Part shown: one piece after another, positions 1 to 12,225 of the stretch | How the letters are laid out: each line of letters begins with the position of its first letter | Position numbering within the stretch: the first letter of the stretch is position 1 | From: Lama glama | Lineage: Eukaryota | Direction of reading: 5' to 3' | DNA: 64,000 nucleotides | Assembly (NCBI GenBank): GCA_028534125.1 | Contig: CM052816.1 | Span: 60,762,001-60,826,000 of the forward strand | The notes under the pieces: model-generated | The model's database searches: none | Told to the model about the DNA's origin: nothing | What the model saw: only the letters and a program-made list of their open reading frames with translations | Translations under genes and position numbers: made by a program

Positions 1-893
1 CCATATTCTTGAAAAGCACACATGTTTTTAGTAAACTTAGGATCTTATTTCCTATGTTTCATAACTGGCTTTTTTAAAAAATAATTTTCACTCAGAATAG
101 AAATTATATGTGATGTGACTGATTCCTTGAAAGGCAGGTCAAAGTTCGACCTTCTCAAATATGTTTTCTAATGTTCATTTAATGAATGCCAAGGAGAAGC
201 AATGAAAGTCCCAAGTCCCAGTACACAGGGAGTGGCTCTACCATAGGACTTTCTTCTGTATAGCCTGAGACTGAACCAATGAAGAGGACGTGGCGTTGGA
301 GTGATGGACGTCAACGAGTCTCTGCTCTTTTGTGGGTGGTTCAGTGAGGTTTTCCATAACACCTGCTCCTTTCATATACTTACTGGATTTTCTAATTGGG
401 CTGCATAGGGACTGAACTGACCCCAAGAAGACATAGGTCTCTGATTGCAGGTAACAATAACCTACATGTAGGCATTTCTTTCTCAATCAAAGCAGTTCAC
501 AGATATTTACTAATTTCTATTTCAACCTAATTTATTTTCCAACATGCTATGGAACTTGTGAGGTGAAGTGGGTGAAAGCTATTTTAACTCTTATTTTACA
601 AATTATGAAAGAATGGCAAAAAATGTACAGAACTTGTCCAGAGCCATTAAATAAGCCGATTAGTAGTCTCTTAATACGAATTCAGCTCCCCAGTTACTGC
701 ACTAATTCTTTTAGCTCCTAGGTAACGCTAAAGACTAATTCTTTAATGAAAGTGTTCTTGTTCTAAATAATATATTTTCTGAATTTTTTTCCTTCCCTGA
801 CTTGAATTTTCATGAATATTTAAAATGATGAATTTTTTTTAAGAGTTCATCAGTTTCTGCTCCATACACCTCACTGCAGGCATAATGTTCTTT

Positions 894-967
894 ATTATTA
901 TTATTATTATTATTGAAGTACAATCAGTTACAATGTGTCAGTCTCTGGTGTACAGCATAATGTCCCA
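894..967 (-). mobile_element. Very short, 5'-truncated LINE-1 3' terminus with (TTA)n tail and TSD
   Basis: (tta)n run followed by ttgaagtacaatcagttacaatgtgtcagtctctggtgtacagcataa, the antisense extreme 3' end of a laurasiatherian L1. Flanked by gcataatgttcttt (880-893) and gcatattgttcttt (968-981), a 14-bp TSD with 1 mismatch. Confidence 0.75.
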
Positions 968-1230
968 GCATATTGTTCTTTTAATGTTGGTCTATATATG
1001 ATTGAAGTAAGCAACATGGATATAGGGAAAATGAGCTGTTTCTTCAAGCCCTATTTCCTGTTTCCTCATCACCTCTTTTGCTCTGTCATACCCTTTCAGG
1101 TGGACCAGTTACTATGTGATGCCTCTATAAATGACTCTTATCCCAGCTAGAAATCATGGCGGGAGCTTACTGTTCCCACCTGTGGGTCACACAAGGGGAC
1201 CTGCATAGTCTCCCTGCTGAACACTATGGT

Positions 1231-1419
1231 CAGAGCAGTGTGCTGGTAAACTGGCTCTTTGTGGAGAAAAGCCTTGAACTGTAGCATTTGTCAATTTCCG
1301 TGGTGTCAATACCACCACCAAAGCTGGTTTCAAGCTACCAACTTTATGTCAGCAAGCATGGAGGTGGGATGAGATGCATGCAGGTAGCTCAGGTATAAGC
1401 CAGGGTTGGAACACTGCTG
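1231..1419 (-). mobile_element. MER63-type hAT (Blackjack) non-autonomous DNA transposon
   Basis: cagtgtgctggtaaactggctc ... gtagcatttgtcaatttccgtggtgtcaataccaccacc ... tttcaagctaccaac ... acactgctg match the recalled MER63 consensus and its termini. Confidence 0.7.
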
Positions 1420-1624
1420 CATGGAGCCCTGTGGGGACCACGTATGCCTTTCTCCAGGGTGGCACTGGGGGAGAAGCCCTTGTAAAATCACACAGTACAG
1501 GACCCTGAGATGCCCCTTCAGCAATCTTTTGCTTAACATACATACATCCTGAGATTGTTCTGGGCTCAGGGTGAGGTCTCAGATGCCCTAAGAATAATTG
1601 CCTTTCACAGGATGGTCCTGGGTG

Positions 1625-1770
1625 AGGCTTGTACCCACAGCGTGGTCTGAGGACCCAAAGCGTTGGCCACACCTCAGAGCTTGTCAGAAATGCAGAATCT
1701 TAGGTCTTACACAGACCTATCGAATCTGAATGTGCAGTTTAACAAGATTCTCAGTTGGAGAAGCCCTCAT
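1625..1770 (+). mobile_element. MER5A1/MER5-type hAT-Charlie fossil
   Basis: gagcttgtcagaaatgcagaatcttaggtc...agacctatcgaatctgaatgtgcagtttaacaagattc matches the MER5A1 core. Confidence 0.75.
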
Positions 1771-2149
1771 CTAGTAAATTTCAGCCAATCTCAAAGCTAT
1801 GATGCAAATTAAGACCCAGGAACAACACTGGATATCCCATACTGAATTCTGTAAACATTTAACAGAATCTAAATCTGACCAGAGGCAGCAGATGAAATGA
1901 GCCCCCTAAAATGAAAATAAATATATGAGTAAACTTCTTAGGACAGGTGGATTTTAGGATCCCAAAATTGCTAAGGGGAGAAAGACTTTATTCGAGTTTG
2001 AGGTTAGTTTCCTACCAAGAGCCACAGACTCACAGGAAATAAAGAAGCAACAGAGAGCCATTTATTTTGTCTGATTTTGCCTATCTGCTTTTAGGTAATA
2101 TTTAGATTTGAAATACTTTATTGCTTTATTTTAATGAGGAAAACATTGC

Positions 2150-2660
2150 CACTGCTGCATAATATTCCACGTATGCATGTAGCACATGTCAGTGCTCAAG
2201 TTCTCTGGTAAAGGATGTGTAGAGGGTCTCCTCCCCTTTGCTACTACAAATAATGCTTCCATGGACATCTGCATACATTTCCCTTTTTGGATGATCAACA
2301 TGAGAGTTATTCTGGGTATACATCCAGGAATAAGGTGACTGGAGTTTCAGGATATGTACATCCTTAATTTCCTTGAATTCTTTTGGATAGCTCCCCAGGA
2401 TGGTTCCACCAATTTACACTCCCACCAGCAGTGCTTGGCAGTTTCAACTTCCCCACTTCCTTTTTAATTTCTGACTTTTGAATTTTTGCCAATCTGATGG
2501 ATATAGAATGTTGTCTTATACTTCTCTTCATTTGTATATTTCTGATGAGACTAACCATCTTTTCACATGTTACTGGCCATTGAGATGCTCCCTTTTGCTA
2601 ACTGATTACTCATCTCTTTTGTATGGGATTCTGCTCTTTTTCACGTCCATTTGCAGGAGT
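2150..2660 (-). mobile_element. Old LINE-1 (L1ME-type) 3' region, part 1
   Basis: ctgcataatattccacgtatgc, gctactacaaataatgct, ccaatttacactcccaccagcagtg, tttttgccaatctgatgg are antisense L1M 3'/ORF2-end motifs. Confidence 0.7.
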
Positions 2661-2664
2661 CTGT

Positions 2665-2960
2665 CCGTTCATTCACTTAAATTTCTATTGAGCATCTACT
2701 GTGTGTCAGGCATTGTTCCAGGGACTAAGACCATAAAGTGAACAAAATAGACAAAAAGTCCTGATGTTACTGAGCTTAGAATTTTGGGGGGAACATAACA
2801 ATGAACAAATAATCATATAATCTAGAGTTTTGATATGTGTTATGAAGAAAAATAAAGTAAATTTAGGGGATAAATGGTCAGGAGGGAGTAGTACTTTGGA
2901 TGGAAAGTCAGAGAAGTCCTCTCCAAAGTGGCAGTGTCTGAGTAGAGATCTGAATGAGGG
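2665..2960 (-). mobile_element. L2 LINE 3' end nested in the old L1
   Basis: ttcattcacttaaatttctattgagcatctactgtgtgtcaggcattgttccaggg...gtgaacaaaatagacaaaaagtccctg...gagcttaga is the classic antisense L2 3' end. Confidence 0.8.
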
Positions 2961-2964
2961 ATTA

Positions 2965-3510
2965 ATTGTGTATGCTGTGTGCTATGCCCATTGTCACCCT
3001 TTGTCCATTTTAGACGCTGTAAATATCTTCTCCCAGAAGGTTACTCATCTGTTAACTTTATCCATGGTTCCCTTTGTTATTCAGAAATCTTTAATATTGA
3101 TGCAGTCAAACTCATCATTTTTTCCTTTTGTGGTTTATGCTTTTTTGAGTCTTGTTTAAAAAATTATTATTCAAAGGCACAAGGATATGCTCCTCCATTT
3201 TCTTCCATTAACCTTATAATTTTACATTTTACACTTAGATTTTTACTTCACTTGATGTCGAGGAGGAATTTTATTTTTCAGAGAGAGAGCCATTTGTCCC
3301 AGGATGATTAATTAACTAACCCCTTCTTTCTGCACTGATTTGGGATGTCACCTCATTATATACCAAGTTTCAGGTACTTGTGAGTCTTTTAATGAGCTTT
3401 CTTTTTTTGTTTCATTGGGGCATCTGCCTGTTTCTGATGAGCACCACACTTCTGTCTTGTCTCACTGAGCTATGGCTTTGTGATATATACCTTGATATCA
3501 GATAGGAATC
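2965..3510 (-). mobile_element. Old LINE-1 (L1ME-type) ORF2 region, part 2
   Basis: tgtaaatatcttctcccag, cagaaatctttaatattgatgcagtcaaac, cattttacacttagatttttacttcacttga continue the antisense L1 ORF2 sequence. Confidence 0.7.
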
Positions 3511-4129
3511 TACTCTTAATAGTTGTAATTTTCTGAAAAAAGAAAACTAAGTTGTCTAAAGGAAAGTGTATGATTCAATCATTTGTGTTCTCTGTAGAAC
3601 ACAGCATATTGTCTTATAGTCAGGTGTTGCTCAATAATTATTTTAAAGGTAGGTGGAGATAAATTTTTTCTTCAGATCTTGCTGTTCACTTGGGCTGTGA
3701 ACATCACTAATAGTTAACAACTATTAGCCTGTCCCTTTGTAGTGCTGAATTTACTTTTTCTGAATTGGAAAAGCTGACTTACTGCTTCTATCTTAGCATA
3801 AAGGAACATTTTGAAAAACATGTTTATTTTATAATGTAAAAATTATTTTATAATGTAAAAATCAGATTTTACATGGGTGAGTGACAATTGGTATAGCAAC
3901 TTAAAATGAATCAATCCATTTATGATTTAACGGTTTTCAGTTACCTGGAATTTTGTGAAAAAGTAAGACACACATTTTATCATATTTAAAAAGTAATATG
4001 AAACAGGCATATATTTCATTATTCTTAGCATTTTTTTCCCTGAATCAGTTCCAATCTTATCCTCTAGTGAGGATAAGATAAAATTCAGTTTCTTTCATAA
4101 ATATTCAAATAAATACTTTGAGAACAGAA

Positions 4130-5678
4130 TTCCTGCTTCAGTTAATATTGGACTGGGTAGTGTAGAACAATCCTTGTTTTGGAAAACATTGAGAGCAGAG
4201 GGGAATTAATAAGACAGTGAAGAACTGTTGGGCAAAGATACAGGAGAAGAAGGAAACACCAGAAGGTTACACTCAGAATTTAAATCTGATTTTCCACTAG
4301 GAGCATCTGGCAATAAAAGAGTCACTGAGAGATTAAGAAGTTAAACACAGATCTTTGTTAGCCTTCCCAAGGGAATAAAAATTAAAGTCCAGGACACACC
4401 AGGGAGGAGGAGGGAGCTCTCCCATGCTTTTGGTTAGAACCCCTAAGGGCTACAACTTAGAAATAAAAGTGAATTAGAATAGTCTGGCCCTGACTTAGAC
4501 TGAAGGCTAGTCTAAATAACCCCAATCCTTATATTAATATTAAGGTGAACTGGGATAGCCACATCCCTTGTTGTCTACCAAAATATAAATTCTCTTATGC
4601 TTCACATTATTTCCACATTTTAAAAAAATGCAATCCCCAGTAAATGATAAAAAAAAATAATCAGGCACATGAACAGACAAGACAATGTAATTTAAAACCA
4701 AGAGAGACAACAGACATTATAAGTAGACCCATTTGGAATCTAGACATTACATTTTAAAAGGACAAAACATAAATTCTAGAATTGGGAAAAAATGTAATAG
4801 TTGAAATAAATGACTCACTGCCTATTTAATTGCATATTAGGTACAACTAATGAAAGAATTCATGAACTTGGAAGAAAAAAATATCCAAATGAAACACAAA
4901 AACAAAAAAGGATGGAGGGAAAAAAAAACAAAACTAGGAAAGAGTGTAAGAGACTTAGGGGTTTAGTGAAAAAGGTCTAACATGCACGTAATGGAAGTAC
5001 CAAACAGGCAAGAGAGAGATAAAAAGGCATAGCAATATTTAGAGAAATAATGGCTGAAAACTTTCCCCCCAAATAATGCAATAATTAAAATCATTAAGCT
5101 TTTTTTTCAAGAAACTATACAAATGTGACTTTCTATTGAATTATTCTGCTTGACAAAAAGATACATCATGATAAAACTGCTGAAAGCAAGCAAACAAACA
5201 TAGACCAAAAGTTAAGACGTTTAAAGAAGCAAGACGTTTAAAGAAGCCAAAGAGTCATGATTTTTAAAGAAACAATAATTAGATTATCACATTTCTTTCC
5301 AGAAACAATGAAAGTTAGAACATGCTAGACATAGCCTCAAAGGAAGTACCTACAAAATAAAATTCTGTATCTAGAAGAAAAATATCTTTCAAGAATAAAG
5401 GTGAACTATAGATAATTTCATACCAAAAAAATGGATGGGGGTGGAATTTGTTACTGGCAGACACATATTACAGGAAATACTGAAGGACACACAGTAAGAA
5501 GCTCAAAGATGCAGGAAGGAAAGAAAATCAAACAAAGAATGAACTGTGGTAAAATATAAATAAAAGCTGACTATATAAAATAATGATAATAGTTTCCTGT
5601 ATGATTTAAACTAGATACAGAATTAAAATTCATGACAACCACAGCATAGAGGTAAGAATGGAGGGGTTTAAAGTGTTC
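4130..5678 (+). mobile_element. Old LINE-1 5'UTR/ORF1 region (heavily decayed)
   Basis: A-rich sense strand with L1 ORF1 motifs: aaaaggtctaacatgcacgtaatggaagtacca, gcaatatttagagaaataatggctgaaaactttccc, catcatgataaaactgctgaaa, aattctgtatctag...aaatatctttcaagaataaaggtgaa. Confidence 0.7.
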
Positions 5679-6325
5679 AATGAGTTATCACCACACACCT
5701 GTTAGAGTGGCTATTATTTGAAAAAAGACAAGAAATAACAAGTGTTGGTAAGGATGTGAAGAAAAGGGAACCCTTCTGCACTGTTGGTGGGAATGCAAAT
5801 TGGCCCATTGGTACAGCCACTATGGAAAACAGTTGCAGAGGTTCCTCAAAAATTAAAAATAGAGCTATCAGATGATCTAGCAATTTCACTTCTGGGTGTT
5901 TATCTAAAGAAAACAAAAATACTGACTTGAAGAGATATATGCACCCCCACATTCACTGCAGCACTATTTACACCAGCTAAGATATGGAAACAACCTAAGT
6001 GTCAACTGATGGATAAATGGATAAAGAAATCATGATATATAGAAATAGAAATAGTTATAGATATATAGAAGGGAATATTATTCCACCATAAAAAAGAATG
6101 AATTCTTGCCATTTGTGACAACATGGATAGATCTTAATGGCATTACACTAAATGAAATAAGTCAGACAGAGAAAGACAAATACCATATGATCTCTCTTAT
6201 ATAAGAAATCTACAAGAAAAGCAAAGCAAGCTCATAGATACGAGAACAGATGGGTGGTTACCAGAGGTGGAGGGTGAGGGGAAGAACAAATGGGTGAAGA
6301 GGGTCAAAGGGTGAAGAGAATTTTT
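5679..6325 (+). mobile_element. Younger LINE-1 3' end (ORF2 C-terminus plus 3'UTR) inserted in the old L1
   Basis: aagtgttggtaaggatgtgaagaaaagggaacccttctgcactgttggtgggaatgcaaattgg (Cys-rich ORF2 end), caacctaagtgtc, aatgaaataagtcagacagagaaagacaaataccatatgatctc. Confidence 0.9.
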
Positions 6326-6486
6326 AAATAAGGTGTTCTAAAGTCTTCGCATTGGCCAAGATAAGGTAAAAGTGTTAATTTCTAAACCATGATAAGTCAT
6401 TGCACATGTTTTCATCTCTGGGTAATCACTAAAGCAAACAAATAAAAACAGTAAAGAAATATATAACTGTATATAATGTCTAGTCT

Positions 6487-7046
6487 AGGGTAGTTCATGT
6501 TTTCCAAAGATGGTCACAACAATATCTTTCACATGCTTTTTTATAACATGACCTTGTCCCCCACTGATAAATTATAGACTCTATTTCTCCACTCCCTTGA
6601 ATCTGGGTGGGCCCTGTGACTCCTTTGACTGGTAGAATATGACAAAAGTGATGTCAAACCAAGTCCAGGAAAGCTGTGAACTGAATTGACAGCATCCACC
6701 TCTGCCTCATAGAAGCCAGTCTTCATGTAAAAAGTGAGATTATCCTAAATAACTATGCAGTGAGAAGGACAAGAAAATTAAAGAGACTCTACTGAATGAT
6801 ATGTCATGTGTGGAGAGAGAGAAAAACAAAAGAGAGAGAGAAAGAGACGCCAAGGAACACCATGGCATCAGGTATACGAGTAAAGAAGCCATCTGAGAAG
6901 TTGATCCTACAGCTGTGCCATGAGAATCAGACATGAGCTAAGTCCTGCTCGAGTCTCTGACTTACAAGTCGTGACCAATCTACAATGATTATTATAAGCC
7001 ATTAAGTTTTGAGGTGGATTATTATGCAACAATAGATCACCAGAAC
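6487..7046 (+). mobile_element. MLT1G/H-type MaLR solo LTR
   Basis: ttttccaaagatggtcacaacaatatct...cccttgaatctgggtgggccctgtgactc...agaatatgacaaaagtgatgt, ending taagttttgaggtggattattatgcaacaatagatcaccagaaca. Confidence 0.8.
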
Positions 7047-7590
7047 AGCTACCAAGCTAGGAAGTCGGGTGAGGAATGAAATAATAACTATTCTAATCAA
7101 CCCACTGAAAGGCAAGAAAGATGGGAGTAGAAAGAACACAGTAAGAAGGCAGATTTAAATCTCAGTGTACCAGCAATTACATTAAATGAACCAAATGTCT
7201 CAGTTAAAAGACAAAAAAAAGAAAAAGAAAAAATCGCCAGCCCAATTTACAAAAAACAAATACATACTTAATGAGAGATGACATAAAAAATACAAAGACA
7301 TACAAAGACTGAAACAAAAACCATGGGAAAATATATGGAATCCAAACACTAACCAAAAAAAAAAAAAAATACTGTGACTATTTTAATATCAGGGAAAGTG
7401 AAACTTGAGGCAAAAAGCATTTTTAAAGATAAAGAGGGATGCTTCACAATGATAAAATGTCCAACTCATCAGAAAGATAAAGTATTTAAAATTTGCATGC
7501 ATATGATAATACATTGTTAAAATATATGAAACAAAAACTTAAAGCACCTCAACAAATAACGGATGAGTCCACATTCAGACTGGAGGGGGG
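7047..7590 (+). mobile_element. Old LINE-1 continuation (inter-ORF spacer and ORF2 endonuclease start)
   Basis: gcaattacattaaatg...cagttaaaagaca, aacactaaccaaaa, taatatcagggaaagtgaaacttgaggcaaaaagcatt...gataaagagggatgcttcacaatgataaaa are decayed L1 EN-domain motifs. Confidence 0.75.
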
Positions 7591-10500
7591 TTTAAATACT
7601 TTGAGAATAAATTACTTAGCTCATTTACCCGTTTAACCTCTCTTTTGGATTCTCATTCAACAAATAAAACTGTGCTGGATGATTGCTGTGGGTGTTACAC
7701 AATCTCTACTGAAGAAATCATTCTAAGTGATGATTCACCATTCTGTTTGTTTAAGCCAAAGAAATTAAGATAAGGCCCAAGTTTCATCTGAAATCTTAAG
7801 GTTTCCACCCATCTTCTGCCTAGATTTTATTAACTGATAAATTTTTGGAGAAGTTGGGGAAAGGCCAGCTGTCTAGAGTCTCACAGAGATAATTTTCCAC
7901 ATCAACCTATCGATGGACTTACAAGACTATCTTAGTTGAAAAAAAAATTCCTAATATGTATTTAGCAGGAGTGAAGCACTATATTATAATGAGGTAACCA
8001 ACAGATCAGAAACTGAATTATCATCCAAAACACACCAGCCCATTCTGCAGAGCAGATGGGCAGATCTGACTCCTCCGTGGCCCAGTTTTCTCCATTACCC
8101 CATGGTGATAATAATTTACTTCTCAATAACAATCATTACAGGGCTTATACAGATATTCAAGTAGCAGCCAAACGATCCCATTTTCCTCTATTCTGCTCGT
8201 TGATAACCACTATATGACAGTTCTGCTGCATTTGAATCATCTGTTTAACACATTTGTTCATAATGCTTTAGCTCTGCTTACACCATTCTGTTCCTTTGGG
8301 ATCAAGGATTGTTTTACTATTGACTATGGGCCCTCACGAATATGGTCCCTAGTCTTATATTGATAAGAGAGCATTGTGTCTTATCTCAACCAGAAAGGTA
8401 AACATTCAGAAGACATCGACTTCATAGTCCTACTTGGTAACATTTTTGCTTATCTAGGTATGCTTATCATGCGTACTGCATGAACGTTTCATTTTGAGCA
8501 TTGTTTTAAATGTTCTGGTATTGAGATGAATATAGACTCCTGGCAGCTAGACAGAGTACTGGCAGTCTATCACCCTCCGTCTCATGCAGGTCTCTAAATA
8601 GAGTCTGGACAAATCTGTGCAGCTGCTCCTGCCAAGTCTTTCCACCAGGACTGTTACCATCACTCCATGCTCCTGATTCTCAGCCAACAGTACATTTATT
8701 TAAGTCTGCTAAATTAAAATGGAGGAACAGGTTTTTTGCTTATCTGCCAGAAAAGCACTAAGGGTTATTCACTGAAGCAGTCAGAGGAAATCTTCCTACA
8801 GAATACCTGTCGATGGGATAGTTTGTTGAGGTAGAACAGCGCCTCTGAAGAGGATGATGACCTCTAGCTTCTAAAATCTCTAGCACCTCAGCTCTCTAGA
8901 ATATCATTTACAAAGCTAATATACTGTTTCCTCAGTTCCTAACCCCAATCTATGGGTAAATGCATCCGTTTTGCTCAGTTTGATTATCTTTACTCAGAAG
9001 CCAGCCTGCTCACCATATAGAAGCAGTGTCTATTTCACACTAGCAAGAAGGATGCGTCTCCCCTGATGATAGCTAATACTCTTCACTGGGCTGGGTCTTG
9101 TCTTTGATCTGCTGACACAATTGATCTTGAATTTATTTCTGTTGGTTCTGATGCATCCTGTTTTGAAATTTCTCACTAGGCTTTGTTTAACTCTCTCTTG
9201 CTTGCTGTTTTATGTCTGACCTCTGAACGTCCCTGAGGGGCATGATTTCCACTCTCCATCCCCTTTTCTCTTTTTTCGTATCTTTTAAGTTGATTTAGCA
9301 AGATCTTCAGGTAGTGTTTTAGAAATAATGTGTGTGTAGGGGGTAGGAGTGGGAGGAGAGCTGCAGTGGTAGAGAAGCAATGGTATTATATTGCACACAA
9401 GTAGGTTACATTTTTAAATGTCTATCATATCCTCAGGGAATCTTTGGAGGGCTTCTGCTTAGGGCAGCTGTGTATTTTCCACATCTTAAGAGCAAGCTAA
9501 CTGAACAGCCATTTAATGTTGTGATTCAGTTCTGCTGCTTTTATTGTAGCTTCCTGAGATTCAAAGACACCTGTAGTCCATGCATGTGCTACTGAAATTT
9601 TAGTTCTACAGAGTAAAATAATGCCTTAACTTTGTGTAGTACTTTAAAATTTTAAATCTACATCGGTGCTCATATGAGTTTCAGTGCGACCTTGCATATT
9701 GGTAAAATAGGAACAGACCTGGAAACACAGGTAACTCAGAAGGGTCAACAGGAGTCTCTCCAGGAGGCCAGGCCCTCTTCCTCGTCTCTCCTTCTCAGCA
9801 GAAATGAATAATAATCTGTGTCCTGTGCCTGAAAAGAATCGTAAGCCAAATGAAATGCAGAGGCCAAAATGAAAAATTTCCTGCCTGGAGCTTTGTACTC
9901 TATCTTCAGTTTACAAACTACCCTGCCCTAATGGGGAGCAGAAAGATGAGCCACCACCTTTGCTTCAGTAAACAAATCATGAGGAGGGGGCTGTAGTTAG
10001 ATGCACATTTCCAGGGCCTTGATGGATAATTAGCCAAGGGACTATCATTAAGGTTAAATGACCTCCCTCAGTTCAATTTCCTTGCATTGTATACCGTTGG
10101 AAATAGATCCTCTGGGCCTAGGAAGCTATTTTAGGGTCACGGCTGTTGTCTGAAAGGGTCAGTCCCATAGCTCACCTCTATGTTGGCTTAACTGATGAAT
10201 TAACGACTGCTTCTAAATGACTCAGGGATAGGGTCCATTTCCTGGGCCAGGCCATGGGAACCAAGCGCTAAGGAGAGTTCATCAACAAGCTAATCAGATT
10301 AGCCAGAAAGGAACTACCACATGGTGGTACAAGTAAGAGCACAGCTTCTGGGAACAGCAGGTAGGAAAATGGAGCCAGCTATGGAGGGGAAAGCGACTCA
10401 CGAAGATGCCATGAAAAATCACCTGTCTCCTAAAATTACAGCTAAACAGCATGTTAGGGAATTTAAGGAAGGTTCTTATGCAGATGGGGATTTCCTCTTT

Positions 10501-11394
10501 TTTTTGCACCTGCTGTCAGTAAGCATTAGACCATAAACATCAGCAAACATTGATTAAGCATATTGCCTTGATGAAACTTCAGGCGAAAGAAGAAAGCGGT
10601 TCAGCAGCTCCAAAGCCCAGAAGACAAATTACTCTTGGTACAGCAATTAGAATGGGCAAGACGGCTGCACCTTTTTCAAAAAGCACTCTGAGCTTGTTTC
10701 TGTAGATAATCTAATAATAGCTGGTATGACTTTAGAGAAAGCAGTAATACTCCTATTATGGTTTGTAATTTTTCTAAGTATTTCAGCTTTATAAAATGCC
10801 ACATGACCGCAACTATAAAAGTCAGTCTATTTTTAAGATACACCTCAGATTGGATGCTTTAAACTAGTTTGCATCAAAAAATATGTGGTATATTAAGTGA
10901 AATAAGAAAGACTTAGGGACCCAGCATTCCTGCACTTTCTGTGGTCATGTCCATCCTGAGCTGGGTTTTCTGTTAATTTCCATGAGCAGGTCGATAATAT
11001 GAATGTTTCACAAGCAACTTTAAAATGCATTAGCCATTTAGAATTCATTTCTTCCGTGTTCTTGCTACTCCTTTTGATCATGCAGCTGCAGTTGGGCTGT
11101 GAGTACAAAATAACAACATTCTCCATTGAGAGGACCTATGTATGCAATGCTGGCAAAGAACACAAGTAAATTCCAGCTTACTTCTAATTTGAACACACCA
11201 AGCTGAAAACGAATGTGAATAAAAGTAAGGCTGCACAAGTTTGTGTCTGTGTGCTTGTGTGTGTTGTGCACCTAGCCCAAAATGGACACATTTATTCTTA
11301 AGTCTGTAATGCTTCTTTCCTTGAAGTGGAAGGAAAATAAAATTCATGTTTATAGTGCATTTATTATGTGTCAGGCTTTGTGCTGGTCCGAATC

Positions 11395-11650
11395 AGAGCA
11401 GCCTAGTGCTTAGACATGTGACCTCTGAAGTCAGGCTGCCTTGGTTGAAATCCTGACTCTGCCATTACTAGGATGTAACATTAGAAACGTGCTTAACCTC
11501 TCTAAGCTCCTGTTTCCTAACCTGAGAAACATGAAGATCAATGGAACTTACTTCATAGGATTATTGGGATGATTCAGTGAGATAAATTATGTAAAGTTCC
11601 TAGCACAGGGCCTGGCACATGTTAAAGCTCAATAAATGAGATATGAGATA
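11395..11650 (+). mobile_element. Near full-length MIR SINE
   Basis: ctctgaagtcaggctgccttggttgaaatcctgactctgccattactag...cttaacctctctaagctcctgtttcct...gtaaagttcctagcacagggcctggcacat...gctcaataaatg. Confidence 0.85.
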
Positions 11651-11659
11651 TTGTAATAA

Positions 11660-11780
11660 TGACAATAATCCTATGAAGTGCATACTGTTAGCTCCATTTT
11701 ATAGCTAGGATGACAGAGGCTAAAGGGAATAAATGGACATATCCATAATTTCAAAACTAGTAATGATCTGAGCCATGAAA
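11660..11780 (-). mobile_element. MIR fragment (host of the opposite-strand MIR; its other piece is at ~11345-11390)
   Basis: aataatcctatgaagtgcatactgttagctccattttatagctaggatgacagaggct is the antisense MIR core. Confidence 0.6.
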
Positions 11781-11811
11781 AAAATTAAATGGATTTTCAG
11801 TGAAGGAACAA

Positions 11812-12225
11812 CTATATTCACTAGGGGAAGGCTAGCTGCTGTAACAAATAAACCTCGTTTTTGAAAGCTCGTACACAACACAAATGCACTTCTCCCACGT
11901 AACTTTTGATAGTGTGTGTTCCTAGTTGGCAAATGACCCTGTTCCTTGCCATGACTCACACATGTAGGCTTCTTCCATCTGGGAGTTCTGCCTTCCCCCA
12001 AGGCCATGAAGTCATTTATATCCAGCTAGCACAAGGGGACAGAGGTCATGGAAAAGGCATCATGACTTTTAAAAAGCCTTGGCTCATCAGACATCACTTC
12101 TGCTATTCCACTGGTAAGAACTAGTCACCTGGCCACATCTAGATGCAGAAGGTACTAGGAAATGTAGTCCCTGGCCAGGCAGCTGCTTCCCAGTGACAAC
12201 ACTAGTCTATGTAAGGGGGATACAG
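11812..12225 (-). mobile_element. MLT1J/K-type MaLR solo LTR
   Basis: aggctagctgctgtaacaaataaacc...catcacttctgctattccactggtaagaactagtcacctggccacatctagatgcagaagg...ggaaatgtagtccctggc. Confidence 0.75.

Noticed and set aside
136..148. DR1 nuclear-receptor element AGGTCA-A-AGTTCG
   Set aside because: An isolated motif with no supporting context; such matches arise by chance at this window size.
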